A DNA stretch of 64,000 bases from Euglena gracilis (GCA_039621445.1 CP154954.1:30260395-30324394), one strand, 5' to 3'; positions 24,435 to 39,285 are shown, counted from the stretch's first letter. Numbers and translations are program-made. The notes: generated from the sequence alone by a model not told the origin.

Positions 24435-26462
24435 CTGCAAAGCGGTTGGAATGGGTGCAGGTTTTGGAGCAAGGTCGGTGGGCACAAGCGGCAGGTCAAC
24501 AGCAATCAATTGTGTTTTAATGCGCAGTTTGTCGAGCCCCAAAAACTATCATAGGTGCAGTGGACATGAACTTCCGACCGCTGTGGTGCCAATGGACAAA
24601 CAATTTGAAACCAATACTTTTGAGGGGGGTGGTAAAATGCTCCTTTTGTTGTCTTATACCCAGAGCCATCTTATTCTTTGTGATGAAAATTCAAAAGTTC
24701 AGGGAAAATGGTCCATGCTGGCGGCAAAATGGGACAGAGATGCTAACTCTTTGGGCTGCACCAAAAGAAAAGGAGTTGAAACAAAATTAAGTTTCAAATA
24801 TTTTTCTTTTAAAAACGAAATGCAGATAATGAAATGATTTTAGATCTTAGAATCCCCCAAGTAAATGTTTATTGGGCAACAATTACAGGACAAAAATTAC
24901 GGAAAAATTGTGTGGTTTTCCATAATTTTTGTTTCCAGTAATTTTTGTCCGCACTGTATGGTAGCTTTTTTCGATTTAGAAAACTTTGGGCATTTTTGTC
25001 AGTTTTGGTGACTTTTTCGAAGAAAAATGCCAAAAAAAAACTGGGGAAGCTCCAGGGGGTTGGAAATAGGGGATGGGGGTAAAATAGGGGACTGGCATGG
25101 CCAGGGGGTTCAAAATGGGGGGTGGGGGTAAAATGGGGTTGGCACACGAGCACCGGCTAAGGGGGGGGGGGGGTTGGAGCCGAAGGAACCAGAAAAACTT
25201 TTCGGGCGTTTTCACGTTTGTGGTCGACTCCTTGGAGTCCAGGGGTTGGTGGGGGCGAGTCTTGCATTTGAGGGGGGGGGGGATTCAATAAGGGAGGGGG
25301 TCATCTTTCTGTACAGTGAAAGCAGAATGTTCACGAGAAACGGGTGCTCCAAAGAGCCAAGGTGAAGAAAAAAGCAAACACACACGCAACAACGACATGG
25401 TGTTTGAAACAGGTGGCCCTGTGGCTGAGACCGACCCCCCCCCCCAATATAAGGGGAGTTTAGCTCCTGAGGTGGGGGGGGGGGGTCATACCATGCCCCA
25501 ACCCCCGATAGTGTCCCATACCCAGCAGCTTTCGGCACACAGCCGCAGAATTCAGTCACGTTGGATGGTACTCTTATTCTGGACGATCGTGTGGTCAGAA
25601 ATTTGAAATATCTCTTGGTCAGATGTCGCAATCAATTTTCTGTTTTGCACCTCGATCTAAAGCTCTTTTCAAAGGCGTTCAACAAGTGCCACAGAATTAA
25701 ACCGGGCCGTGTGGCACCCTTGTTCAGAAATACACCTATAAATGCATATGAGATGTGTTGCACAGAAAGCGCATTTTTCCATTTCACATTAAAAATGGCA
25801 CACTGGAGCACAATGGAATGGTATGGTGAACTGAATTGCATGCACACCCTTAGGCTCTAAACCGTAAACAAGCATCGTGGGGTCTGTTGGGGGGGGGGGG
25901 CAGGCGCCCCCACGATTCACAATTTGGCACCCAGTACCCGCCCCAAAGTACCCCCCAAAAACATGGCTTTAAGCCCATATCACCTTTTCCAGGACCAGCA
26001 GGTTTCCTGAACGCAATCCCGGATACTGCTGTGGTATTTTTACAGAGTTGGTTTCTGGTTCACGATTAGCAGGGCAATATTTGGACCCCCCCCAAATAAC
26101 CCGCTGATACTTGTAAACAGCCTGTTCACGATTTACAAGGAATTTTGGGGGTCAAAATAACGCGCTGATGATCACGAGCAGGCTGTCCAAGATTACCCAT
26201 AACGAGAACCGTGTCCCAGGCACAGCCCGAACCGGCGTCTGAGGAATCACGGTCAATTTCGACCCAAATACCCAAGTTTTGGACACTTTTGGGCGACTTT
26301 GGCCCAAATTGGCCGCCGGGCAAAATTGGTAGATTTCACACTTCTGTTGCCATGTTGCCCATCAAAAGCTCTTCTGAAGGGCTTTTGACAGATGGCCACA
26401 GAATTCAACCATAATGCATGGAGCTCTCATTTCAGCAATCTTGTATTCCAGAAATTGACGTA

Positions 26463-26831
26463 CCATGCCCCCCCCCGGGCTATTCCCGTCCCCGGGACCC
26501 TTTACAGCCCAATGGGAACAGTACGGGGGGAACAGCTGGGGGGGGGGGGAGACCTAGGTCCCCCCCCCGAGCTATTCCCATACCCGACCCTCGGGCAGGC
26601 AACCCAAAAGGGGTCATTTTTGGCAACTTTTTTGGATGTTCGCAAAAAAATGGTCAATTTTGAGCACATTTGCCAAAAAGTGATTTTTGAAAACGTCCCA
26701 AAAACGTCGATTTTTGAGCACTTTTTTGGGAAGTTTGTAAAAAGTGCTATGACAGCGAGCTATTCCCGTCCCCCTATGGGAGCTCGGGGGGGGGGGGGGG
26801 GGACAGCTCGGGGGGGGGGGGGGGGGCATGG
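26463..26831. mobile_element. MITE CCATGCCCC...GGGGCATGG with TA TSD (Tc1/mariner-type)
   Basis: ta|ccatg...catgg|ta; related copy at 29984-30142; an empty-site paralog of the host repeat lies near 36360. Confidence 0.75.
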
Positions 26832-28969
26832 TATTAATTTGTTAAATCCCAGCTCAAATACTATTTAGCATATCAATCGAAAGCTCTCACCAATACCTTT
26901 CGCTTCGAACCCTCAGAACTCAGCCACACTGCAAAGCGCTCTGAAAATCACCGATCGCGTGTTCCGATCAGTCTTCACAAATTCAAAAATCCACTGCTCA
27001 TCTGCCATGTTGCCCCTTAATTGAAAGCTCTGTTCAAGGGCTTTCAGCAGCTGGCCTTAGATATCAGCCATGCTACTGATGTTCTATTTCAGAAATTCCC
27101 CAAAATTGGCCAAAGGGAAATGATTGCCTAAAAACAACCAATTTCTGGCCGAAGACACTCAAAAAGCTGCTCAGATATGATTACCACAATGTCCACAAAC
27201 CTTTTGGACACTTTCGCCCCTCCCCCCTGCCCGGGCAAATGGAGCCCGGGCATCAACCAAATGGGGGGGTGAGGATAACGTGGTAATGGGTGCATATGGG
27301 TGATACTCACAATTTTTATACAGAGAATCACCAGAATGGGGAGTTTTCTGCGGAGAGTCCAAAAATTACCCTAATTGAACTCCCTAATTGAGAAAAAGGG
27401 AGTCCAATGGAGAGGTCCCACTGTGAAAAAGGGGAAACCCGCCCACCCTAACAGAAGCGCGGGGCCGCTACAAGCGCAGGGTCCAAATAAAAGCACCCCC
27501 CCCCCGCCGTCGAAGAGGGCGGTCCACTACAAGTGCACCCCCCATTTTGATGAGATTTTTAAAGGAAATCGACAAAAAATCGGGCAGGCAGGGTCCAAAT
27601 AGAAGCACACCCCCTGCCGCCAGAGACGGCAGTCCGCTATTAACGCACCCGTGCTTCTATTAGGGGGGGGGGGGGGGTTACTGGAAAGAAATGTGTTGAG
27701 AAGGACTGTAATGAAGACCTGAATCTGTGTTGACGATGTAAGAACGGCCGCCAGCAATGGGAATGAGCTTGCTAACAAACTCTCCTTCTCTGATTTGCAG
27801 CACTTACCCATGTCGTCATGATGAAGACTGAAACCTCGGCGCCAGCCAAACCAGGAGGAGAAAAGCCATGTCGAGCCAGTGGAGTTTAGCATTGGTGCCC
27901 TGCCAAGAAGGAGAATGCTGAGAAACTTGGAAAATTAATCATCAAGCGATAAACCACGGTGAACGTGACCCCAGCCCATATGTCACCCCCCCCTAATTGC
28001 CGCTCCCCTCCCAAGCTCTTATCGCTTTATGGGTAAGAGCGAAGCTTACCCCTGGGGAAAGGGAGGGTCTAACCCCCCCCTCTCCCCCCGCCCCCCCCCC
28101 CGGTCGGTGCCACCTCGGGAACCGGCAGATTATCACCATGATCCCGGCTCCGTTCTCGGAATTTTTTTTCAATTGCGAGCGACTGGATTTCTAGTTTCTG
28201 AATCACCTCCGTTTGACCCCCAACTCCCCGCTAGGCCTGAGTTATTCACATGTGAAGGGGTCCAAACTGGGTAGGATTGGCACTCCCTCTTCCGACTCTG
28301 CCATTTCGCCAGGGTCCAAAAATCAGTCAAAAAATCGATTTTTCGAAAATGTCTCAAGAAAACGTACATCATCTCCGGAAATGTAGGTGTGACAAAATGT
28401 ACCCCCGGAGGCCCTCTATTGACGCCCGTTCGCTGTTTTGGCCGCCGATGCGCCTGGCCCGTGTTCCGGCGCGCTTTTGCAGCCCAAAACGGCCATTTTG
28501 GGATGTTTTGGGGGTTGTTTTTCGGTCAAAAAATCGATTTTCTTCAAAATATCTCGACAATGAAGCAAAATCAAAGAAAATGTCCGGAGAGTAAAAATGA
28601 AGCCCTTGGAATACCCTATCCAACCATGATTTACTTTTCCCCCAACTCTTCGTGCAGCCCGAGTTAGAGCCATTTTTCGGCCAAGTTTGGCCCATTTCAA
28701 GAGCCCTTTGGGGGTCAATGTTTCCAAAATATCTTTGAAATGAAGCAAACTCGAAGGAAATGTCCGGAGACCTAATTTGAAGACCTTAAATTGCTCAACA
28801 GTATTTTGATTTCCCCGCAACTCCCCCCCACCTTGCCCGAGTTACGGCCATTTTTCGGCCAATTTTGGCCATTTTGTACAGTTTTGGCCTGTTTTGACCC
28901 GGCCATTTTCGGCCATTTTCTGGCTTGGAATCTCTAACTCATTATTTCAACGCACCCCAACAAGGTTGT

Positions 28970-29960
28970 CCCAAATGGTGGACTTTCGCTGCAGAGCTCC
29001 TTCGGTGTTGGGCCTTCCTGCTGCCATGGACATCCTACCCAACGATGCGGATCATTGATTGCGGGCAGCCCTCAGCGACCTCGGTCAAATGGCTCCACTG
29101 CCACAATGGGTTGATGACAAGAACCTGATCCCTCAGGCACAGTGTCCGCACAATTTGCAGCGGTGGTGGAATCAAGAAAGCATGCTTGCTCGCCAAAAAG
29201 CACTCCGTGACACACTAAATGGACCAGCTGCTGTACGGTTTGCTAGCCAAAGCCAACCGTACGCTATGGCATGGGCCGCTGTGACACCATAGCAGGGTAT
29301 GCGCACCCTGCTGTCCACGGCTGAATTTGGATGTTCACTTCGTTGGTCCCTTGGAATGTCTCTGACACCAATGGAAACGGACCCCAACACTTGTCCCAAA
29401 TGCTTTGGACCGTGAGATTTTCTTGGACATCACCTCGTTTGCTGCAAATCAAACTTCATCGACTGGCGGCACGGGGCTGTCCAGGACTCCCTGACAACCA
29501 CAACTCAGAAAGCTGGTTTCACAGCCCGCAAAGAACAAAGAGCTGATGACTGTTCCCGCCCAGGAGACATTTTCATTCCTCGCTTGGACAGCGATGGCGC
29601 CGTGGCACGGATGTGACAATACAACACACCCCTCCACAAAGTCACCCACCGCGGAACACAGAAAGCCTGTCTCAATGGCAAACACGACAGGATATCGAAA
29701 AGCATGCCAAATATGATGCAACTGGCCAACACCTGTGTTGGCGTTTGGTGCCATTTTTGATGGACTGCAACAGGGCATGGGACAAGAAGCTTTTCTTGAT
29801 GTCCACCCTTCTAAAGGCCCTTCTTGGGCAGCGGGAAGGGTGGCAGCGTCGCGCCGCGGAGGCAAACATCTAACACGAGAGATCAGCAGACAGCTTGTTT
29901 GGAGCTTGTATTCTTCCAAAGACGAACTCGGGCTGTCTTCTTTCCACTCTCTATGTTCGT
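28970..29960 (+). mobile_element. decayed CRE-like non-LTR fragment
   Basis: Across frameshifts: LPQWVDD..RFASQSQPYAMAW..CPKC..GHHLVCC..RHGAVQD..KEQRADDCSRPGDIFIPR. Confidence 0.75.
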
Positions 29961-30245
29961 GTTTGAAGGCCTTTGGGCAAATACCATGCCCCCCCCATAT
30001 AAGACGCCCCCCCCCCATATAACAACTCTCCCTGGCCAACCAAAGGCCGGCCCTTTGGCCGGGACCAACCCCCCCCATATTAGACCCCCCCTGGGATTTT
30101 GGCTCCCGATAGGGGGGGGGGTCTTACATTGGGGGGGCATGGTAACCTTGACCAATCCAGATATCAGGTGACCTGAACACCAAGCAATATCAAACTCCCT
30201 CCTTTTAATCCTACCACATGCTACTGAAACAAACACTTTCCTGAA

Positions 30246-30412
<167 letters not shown>

Positions 30413-30414
30413 AC

Positions 30415-30997
30415 CAGGGGAGGGGAAATGCGCTCGCCCGGCCTCGGAAAAAATGCGCAAAAATGCGCAAAAATGCGCAAAAATGCGCAAAAAAATGCGC
30501 AAAAAAATGCGCAAAAATGTGCAAAATCCGAGAAAAAATGCGCAAAGATCACGAAAATGCAAAAATTACCCAAAAACATGCAAAAATGGCACCAAATTTG
30601 AAGAAATTATGTAGAATAATGAGGAAAATGTAAGTTTCAAAAAAAGTCGAAAATTTCAAATTTTTGCAAAAAATTGCAAAAATGGTCAAAAAATGGGAAA
30701 ATTTTGGAAAATCACGAAAAATGTGCCAAAAAAAAAAAAAGAAAAAAAAATAAAAAAAAAAAAAAAACAAAAAAATAAAAAAATTAAAAAAAAAAAAAAA
30801 AATAAAAAAAATAAAAAAAAAATAAAAAAATTTTAAAAAATAACAAAAAAATATAAAAAAAAAAAAAAAAATGCGCTGAAAAAAATGAAAAAAATGCGCA
30901 AAAAATGCGAAAAAATGCGCAAAAATGCGCATTTTTGGAAAATTTGAAAAAATGCGCAAAAAATGCGAAAAAATGCGAAACGCATCCCCCCCCCCTG
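30415..30997. mobile_element. MITE CAGGGG..ATGCG / CGCAT..CCCCTG with AAAATGCGC repeats
   Basis: CAG...CTG termini; GATATAC on both flanks (7 bp). Confidence 0.75.
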
Positions 30998-31029
30998 GAT
31001 ATACATAATTTTTATACATATATACATAC

Positions 31030-32350
31030 CGGTGCTGGCCTTATTCCGATGCAGCCTTATGTCGGACTCCTTTAAATCGTATTCAGTTTTTTGCGAACAA
31101 AATCCCGACGAACGCGGCCTGTTTGCGTGATAAAACCCTGACCTCATTTCACCATTTACGACTTTTCTCACCCACGGTATTAGGACTCCCGATGCTTTCG
31201 CGTTCTTTTTGACTAATTTTTTTTGATCTGTGTCAATTTCTTTCAATTCATATTGTTTTTGATTCAATTTTTCAATTTGATTCAATGCTCATCCAATGTT
31301 TCATGTTTTTCTCTTTTCTTTGCAGACTGATATGGACCAGTTCATCATAAGGACAAGGCAGGACATCGAGGACAAGGAGCTGGCTGCCATATCGGCCGAA
31401 AGAGCCCGGCTCCGGGGCGGACAGAAGCACAGCAATCGCCCTCCAGCCAGATTGTCGGCAAGCCGAACATCCTCCCCCCCTCCGACCTACCTCGGGGGCT
31501 CGACTTTGGGATGATTGGATTTTTTTCCGAACCTCCCCCTTTTTGCCCTTCGGTGGGGATTTGCTCTTGGGTCGTGGTTCGGGGTTGGTTTGGACTACCA
31601 CCGCCTTGGTCTTTAAGGGCTTGAGGCTGGTCTTCGCCGTTTCCAACACGGGAAATTGCCCAAAGGCTCGGCGGGTGATGTCCAACTCTTCGGTTGTCCG
31701 AAGGCGAGAAACCACAAACACAAAGATGTCGTCCCCCGACATTTCATACTCGTGCCTTGTAAAATTCATGCATGCTCAATTCATTGTGGCTCCGTGAAGT
31801 GCCAAAAGCCTCTCCCTCCAGGCCTCGCTTGGGGTTTCGATCACATAGCCAGAAGCACACTCATGAACAGTCGGAAGTGCCCGAAAATAAGCTTCAATGT
31901 CGGCAAAAACTGCCGGACTACTCACCCTTGTGGGGAAAGTGACCCGAGTCCATGGGCGACTCACCCTCCGTTGTGCCGTCTCGTAAATCAACCGTTCCTG
32001 GAGTGACGGCGACAGTTTAGGAAAAATCATCCTCCGCTCTTCAGCGGAGCTCCGCTCTGGGACGTCCCCCCGAAACAATTTACATTCTCCTCGAACCGCC
32101 GCCAATCCTGCAGGGTGATCCCCGCCCTGTCCTCACCAATCCTACGCTTTCCAACTTTGTCGGTGTTGCTTCAGGGAGTCTATGCCAAACTCCCGCCGGA
32201 GTTACTGGCGGAAACCTGCCAAAGTCAGCCTCAACTTCGCCTTAGTTGCTTCATCAAGGCAACTTTTGAACTCCTGAAGCAACACAAAATCTGAGGGGGG
32301 TGCTGGGGAAGTTTCGGCCATAACTTGCTCGAGCTCCTCCCATTCCCCGA
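31030..32350 (-). pseudogene. decayed intronless coding region, possibly retroelement gag/ORF1
   Basis: Consecutive protein-like segments broken by stops and frameshifts (WEELEQVM..VLLQEFKSCLDEAT..LRREFGID..LQDWRRF..FPKLSPSLQERLIYE..CSACRQSG). Family not recognised. Confidence 0.4.
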
Positions 32351-33829
32351 ACTTAGAAAAGTCCTTGGCCAGGCCAAAAAAAAAGAGGACAGGGCATCCT
32401 GCGCCACACGTCCGTGTTGATAGGATGAGTCAGATATAATGGAAATGGGTTTGAGGGCACAGCAATGCGCAATGATAATGGGGGGGAGGGGCGGGGGGGG
32501 GGAGGGGGGCGCCGCCCCCCCCCCCCCCCACCAGTGATGATCAATTAACCGTCAAAACGGGGACCAACCGATTAATTGCGATTAACTGGGGGTCCCGGCT
32601 CGATTAACCAAACCATCCGAGGGGGAAAAAACAACATAGCTGAAGAAGAATTCCTCGTCGAAAAGGTTTGGGATCAAAATGACAAGATGCCAAGGGGCAT
32701 CAGATTCATTCTGATGAACATCAGCGCATCAACAGATGGCTCAGACAAGCGGTTACGGAGGTGACTATGGATGTGTTTGAGGTGCGACCAGGAATGTACA
32801 AAAGCCAAAGAAGCAAATTCTTACAGCAGTCATTTATGACAATTGAATTGGAGATTTTCTCAAAAGTTAGGGAGTGGAAGAAAATTATATTCATATTCTG
32901 AAAAAACCTGTGTTGGAGTGGGCAAGCAATTAACCGAAAATCGATTAATTGCGATTAATTGACCCCCCCACAAAAGATCGATTAACTGGGGGGGTCACAA
33001 ACGATTAACCAAACTTCGATTAGCCAAACAACCTTGCCCGCACCGCGGTGGCCGTAGGCCACCGGACCCCTCATCGGTGGTCGTGGGCCTTGATAATGTC
33101 TATCTGGGCTCCCATTTTTCACGGAAAAAAATTTTTCCACGAAAAAAAAAACCAAAAATTTCAGGTTTAAGTTGTTTTCAGGAGTGGTGATAAAACTGCA
33201 AATTCAAAAAAACTGCCCCAAATTTTGGCACACTCAAATTTTATTGACATTTTTAATTTTATTGACATTTTTTCTCTTGGAAAATTTTTGGGATTTTCAA
33301 ACATTTTTTTGCTTCAAAAACCTACGAGATTCAAACCTTTGAGAAAATTGTGAAATTTGGAAGGTGTGAAAAATGCGGTTTTGGGCCAACACAGGTCCCA
33401 AAATGGGTCCAAAATACACCCAGTGGGGTGGGTGTGGGGGATGGTGTGGGGGGGGGGGGGGAGGGTTGGCGTTTTTTTTTGTTTTTTTTTAATAAAAAAA
33501 TGTTTTTTTTAAAAAAAACGCCAAAAAAAACATCAAAAAAAACAAAAAGAAATTTTCATTGAAAAAAACTCGTTATGAAACACCCAAACCATACTTCGAA
33601 GCCTACTAAGTTCAAAAATTGCCCCAAAATGGTCAAAAACATCCAAAAAGTGCAAAAAAATGCAACTTTATGACTTTTTTTTCATTTTTTGTAAATATCT
33701 TCCAAACATTGTCTTCGTTCCTTCCAGGCATTTGTGAAAAAATGAGCTGTGAAAGCAAAAAAAAAAAACATGCCGCCTCATGTCTTTTCTGGGGGAAAAT
33801 CAACATGGGGTCTTATAGTTCCCACCTGC

Positions 33830-33881
<52 letters not shown>

Positions 33882-34211
33882 CCCCCCCCCCATTATGTAC
33901 CCCCCCCATTGTACCCCCTGGGGGGTGGGGGGAGGTAATGGGGGGCTCACATGCTAAAGAATTTCCTCATCCAAAACTTTTCTCAAAAATCGGAATTTCC
34001 CAAAAAGGGCTCAAAAATCGACGTTTTTGGGACGGTTTCAAATGACCATGTGCCAAAAAATTGACCATTTATTGCGAACATCCAAAAAGTTGCCAAAAAT
34101 GACCCCTTTTCGTGGGACCTGGGTACCCCCCCCCCATTGTGTACCTCCCCCCCATTGTGTACCTCCCCCCCAATTTCGGCCCTCCCGGGGGGAGGTACAT
34201 AATGGGGGGGG

Positions 34212-34215
<4 letters not shown>

Positions 34216-34309
<94 letters not shown>

Positions 34310-34312
34310 GTA

Positions 34313-34356
<44 letters not shown>
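34216..34356. repeat. (TA)n microsatellite; another at 33835-33880
   Basis: Direct inspection. Confidence 0.95.
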
Positions 34357-34358
<2 letters not shown>

Positions 34359-34929
34359 TGATTACCACCCCCCCCCCTTGTGTCCCACGACCTCTCCCCG
34401 GGAGGCCCGACGGACAATAAGGGGGGGGGGAATAAAGGGGGGGGTACCAAAGGAATTTTTTGCCGGGCCAAAAAATCCCTGTCGCCGTGGAGGCCCGACC
34501 GGACAATAAGGGGGGGGACAATAAGGGGGTACCAAAGGGGGGGGACAAAAGGGGGGGGGGGGTATATGTATGTATATGGTGCTCCGGTGGGTCAGAAATG
34601 TACATTCCACATCATCCCAAGGGGACTCAGTGGGACGTTCTATGTACAACATGTACAACACAGATAGAGGTCAAACGGAAGAATGTGAATGTGCTTGTTA
34701 CAAAGGTGAGGTTGAACGTCATCTGACAACTATTGTAGACGGAAGAGTATGTGCGTGCTTGTTACAAAGGTGAGGTAAGGTGGAGCCGTGCAAACATCGT
34801 GTGATTGTCAAGGTTAGATGTATTGGTAAGGGGAACCCCGCACTTTCGCCTCTTTGTGTTGTCGAATATTGATACCTTGTCGACCCGTGTCGCATTTTTG
34901 GCATTCTTTAGCTGGTTTGTGTGCCGTTT

Positions 34930-35301
34930 GTTCCATGAATGGTGAATGGTTTGTTTCAAGGGCCGTACGGCCGACTGGTTAAGCCAGTTTTGTGGTGGAG
35001 ATTGCACGGAGATTGCAGGAGGCATTTATGGAGAGTATGGCCAATGGGAGGAGGTGGTTGAAGAAGCATTTTGAAAATCGGTGGACAAGTCAGTGAAGAA
35101 GCTCCCAACCAGCTGTTTTGATATTTCCCTTGCCAATGTGGGTGACAGCCCCTGCCATACCTCTGCCTCCACTTGTCGTTGCAACCAGCCCTCCCTTTGG
35201 CCCAAAAGCCGTGGAATGAAGACATCACCAGGGCGGGAGTTGTCCTCAGCACGTTGCTCCTTTTTAGCCTGAAATCCAGCCCGTTGAGCGAGGGATGTCA
35301 A
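34930..35301 (-). mobile_element. internally deleted 3' end of the same CRE-like family
   Basis: AGFQAKKEQRAEDNSRPGDVFIPR..LLGQREGWLQRQ..REISKQL, homologous to 29510-29900. Confidence 0.7.
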
Positions 35302-36824
35302 GGGGGGTGGTGCGGGTCATGGGGGGGTCACGGGGGGGGGTTACCGGGGGAAGTATGCCACTTTGGAGGTAGCGGGAGGCAGCATCCATGATGTTGCATC
35401 CCATCACGAGAGGGGCGGCACGCATCCTGAAATCGGTGATTTTCGGGTCAAAAAGTGGTTATTTCTGGCCATTTGGGCCATTTTTTGAACAAAAAAAGTG
35501 CTTTTTGGTCCGAAAGTGGTCATTTTGGGTGATTTATATGTCCAAATGGTCATATTTTTTTCATTTTTTGAAAGAAAATTTTGTTAGGATTTTCTTGACC
35601 GTCACATTTTTTTGGGATGCATTTTGGGCCATTTTTGATGGCCCAAAATGGCCATTTTTTGAAAAAATGGCCAAAAAATTCTGTTTTGGGTGTGGAAATG
35701 CACCAATTTGTTGGCACTTTTTTTAGGGGACAATATTTTTAGCCATTTTGGGTTTGAAGGTGCGTTGGGCGTTGGGTGCCAAAAAGGGGTTTGGTTGTCC
35801 AAATGGAAGGTGTGGTGAGGACAGGGTTGACGTTTTTTTTTGGTTTTTTTTTAAAAAAAGAACAAACCAATGGGACATATTTTGGGTCAAAATTCAAACG
35901 CCAAAAAAAAACGCCATTGTTTGGGTTGAATTTTTTTTCACCTCAAATCTTTGGATTTCTTTCCATTTTTTTACCATGTCAACCAGAAAATTGATGACAA
36001 GCGACCAAACCCGCCATCTGATACGAAAACTGTGTCCAGAACGCCGGTTTGGGCGTGAAGCCGTGTTCCAGAACGCCGGTTCGGGCGGCCCGAACCAGCG
36101 TTCTGGAACACGGCTTCACGCCCGAACCGGCGTTCTGGAACACGGCTTCACGCCCGATACCCATTTTTTCGAACATTTTGGAGCATTTTTGGGCTCCTTT
36201 GGGCGTATGGCCATGTCGATCGGCCGATTGAAGTTTTCACAGGTCTGGTGCCATGTTACCCATCAATCGAAAGCTCTTCTGAAGGGCTTTTGACAGATGG
36301 CCACAGGATTCAGCCATTATGCACACAGCGCTTATTTTCAGCGATCGTGCATTCCCAAATTTGACATCTTAATTTGTGAAAGCCCACACCTCAGGTGCCA
36401 TACAGCATATCAATCGAAAGCTCTCGCCAAGAGCTTTCATTTGGTACCCACAGAACTCAGCTACACTGCAGAGCACTCTAAAAATCAGCGATCGCATTTT
36501 CCGACCCTGGGGGGTCGGCACGCTGTGGCGAGGTTTCCGGCTAGGGGGGGGGGAGGGGGGGTTTTGGCGTGGCGAGGGGGTCCCGGATGGGGGGGGAGGG
36601 GTGCGCGGGGGTTTGCCAAGAAAAATCTCTTTGGCGGGCCTCACATGGCGTGGCGAGGGGGTCTGAAAAGGGGGGGGGGGGGGGGGAAAACGTGGCGAGG
36701 GGGTCGGTGAGGGTGGCGGGAGGGGTGTGCCGACCCCCCCCTGTTTGCAAAGTCGAAATTCCTATGTTTCACCAGCCATGTTGCCCATCGATCGAAAGCT
36801 CTTCGCAGGGGCTTTGTATGCCGC

Positions 36825-36990
36825 CTTGAAAGATTGTTGAATTTGCAGCAGAGCAAGTAGTGACCGGAGACATCCAGACTGCCATGGCATTTTGGGGAAA
36901 GCAAAGAGGCATTGGAAGCGGGTTCAGTGAGAGCTATTCCGATGCTCCAACGCAAGAGGCAACAAAATTCAGCAGAAGGCAACAGAGGGG
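36825..36990 (-). mobile_element. short CRE-like zinc-knuckle fragment
   Basis: PKCHGSLDVSGHYLLCCKFNNLSRRH. Confidence 0.55.
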
Positions 36991-37361
36991 GTGTCTGGGA
37001 CGCGGGGGGGGGACGCGGGGGGGACGCGGGGGGGGATGCGGGGGGGGGGGGCGGGGGGGGGGCGCCATTTTTGTGACGGTGAAATTAGGAATTTGCTGCG
37101 AGATTTTTTTCGCCAAATTAGGATTCTACCACAACAAATTAGGACAAACCCACCCCAAATTAGGAATCACCCACCACAAATTAACGTGACCCCCCCTAAA
37201 TGGCCCCCCCCCCTTGGGAGCGTTTTGACCCCCCTGGCGACAATTAGGGGGGGGTGACAATTAGGGGGGTTACTCAATTTACCCTACCCGTCCATGGGTC
37301 CATGGGTAACCCCCCCCCTAATTGTCGTCCCCCAAGGGGGGGGGGGCGACAATTAGGGGGG

Positions 37362-39285
37362 GGGTCGCTGAGCTCTTATCCCTTTATGGGTAAGAGCGAA
37401 GCTTACCACCGGCGAAACCCCCCCCGAACCCCCCCGCCCCCCCCCCCCCGGGTCGGGGCCACCTCGGGAACGGACGGATTATCACCATGAGCGACTGGAT
37501 TCCTAGTTTCCGAATCACCCGGGTTTGACCCCCAACTCCCCGCCAGGCCCGAGTTATTCACGCACGAAGGGGTCCAAACTCGGTAGGATTTACCAGGGTG
37601 TGACGTGGAGCTGAGCTCTTTGGGAGACCACCCCGGCCCGGTGGCCCGGGAAAAAAACGGTCATTTTCGGCTCAAAAACAGGTTTTCCGGGTCAGGGAGG
37701 CCAAAAAACATCGTTTTGGGCAAAAAGAAAATTTTCGATTTTTTTTGACTTTTTTGACCCGGTTTTGACCCAAAATCAATGGGTTGGCGGCCCAAAACGG
37801 GGCGCTGGCGGTCAAAAAACGCTCATTTTCGGCACAAAAACAGTTTTTCCGGGTCAGGGAGGTCCAAAAACATGGTTTTACGCAAAAAAAAATTTGATTT
37901 TTTTTGACTTTTTGGGCCCGGTTTTGACCCAAAGTCAATGGGTTGGCAGCCCAAAACGGGGCGCTGGAGGGTCGAAAAACACTCATTTTTGGCTCGAACA
38001 CACCTTTCTCGGGTCCAGGAGGTCAAAAAACATAGTTTTGGGCAAAAAAAATTCCATTTTTTTTTGGTTTTTTTTGACCCAAAAATGGCTAAGTTCACCG
38101 GCCAGGGGGGTGGGCCCCAGCCAAAGGGGCATGGGCCCAAAAACACTTTTTTTGATGTTCTGAAGTGAAAAAAAGTGTTTTTGAGCGTCAAAATTTTGGG
38201 TCCCGGACCCCCCTCGCCCTGCCGCCCTCGGACCCGCCGCAGGGGTCCCCCGAATACCCAAAACTGGCCCAAAATCGCACAACCAGGCCACGGGAACCCC
38301 AAAAAACGGTCAACCCCCCCCCTTAAACCTAATGATTTGACCCCTGGTTTGGGTCCCAAATCCTCGTCTAGCCCGAGATACGGCCAATTTACGGTTTCGG
38401 GCCCAAACAGGCCCGAAATGGCCAAAACTGGCCCAAAATCCCAAATCTCGGGCTAGGCGAGGAGTTGGCCCAAACCGCGCATACCGATCGATAGGGCGTC
38501 CAAAAGTTGTGGAAGGACGTCCTCTTTACTTTTCCTCAACTTCACAGCGTTTTTGAGATATTTTGAATTTTGAAAGCCCGGCAGCCCTCGAACCCCACCC
38601 CTGCAGGGGTCCCCGAATACCCAAAAATGGCCCAAAATCGCACAACCAGACCCCAAGAACCCCAAAAAACGGTCAACCCCCCCCTAAACCTAATGATTGA
38701 CCCCCTGGTTTGGGTCCCAACTCCTCGTCTAGCCCGAGATACGGGCAAATTACGGTTTCGGGCCCCGAGCGGGCCCGAAATGGCCAAAACTGGCCAAACT
38801 GGCCCAAAACCACAAAACGGCCGTATCTCGGGCCAGGCGAGGAGTTGGCCCAAACCGCGCATACCGATCGATCGGGCGTCCCAAAGTTGTGGAAGGACGT
38901 CCTGATTGGATTTTCTGTACCCCAAAGTGAATAGCCTATCGGTTAGGGGACGATCCCCAGTTTCTCCAGAGCCCTTTCGGTAACCCGCAACTCCCCGCCA
39001 GTCCGGAGATATGGCCCGAGCAAAAAAGTTGTCTACCGTTTTTTTTTCTGGGGAAATTGCAGGGTCGTTTTGGGGTCAAAAAATCGAAAAATTCAAAATA
39101 GCTCGAAAACGCTGCGGAGTTGCGAAAAAGTAATGAACATCGATAATCCTCGGGTGCCCCGACCTACCCAGGGGGGGGCGGGGGGGGGGGGGGGGGTGGG
39201 CGGGGGAGGCGGCGGGGGTCCGACCCCCCCTCGCCGGGGTGGTGAGCTTCGCTCTTACTCTAAAGAGATAAGAGCTCAGCGACCC
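37362..39285. mobile_element. TIR element GGTCGCTGAGCTCTTATC...TAAGAGCGAAGCT
   Basis: About 45-bp inverted ends; further left-end copies at about 18311 and 28014; internal tandem duplication of about 370 bp at 38170-38900. Confidence 0.65.

Noticed and set aside
27788-27899. Exon-like segment with a GTAAGT donor on the minus strand
   Set aside because: Reading frame and acceptor are ambiguous; cannot be placed confidently.
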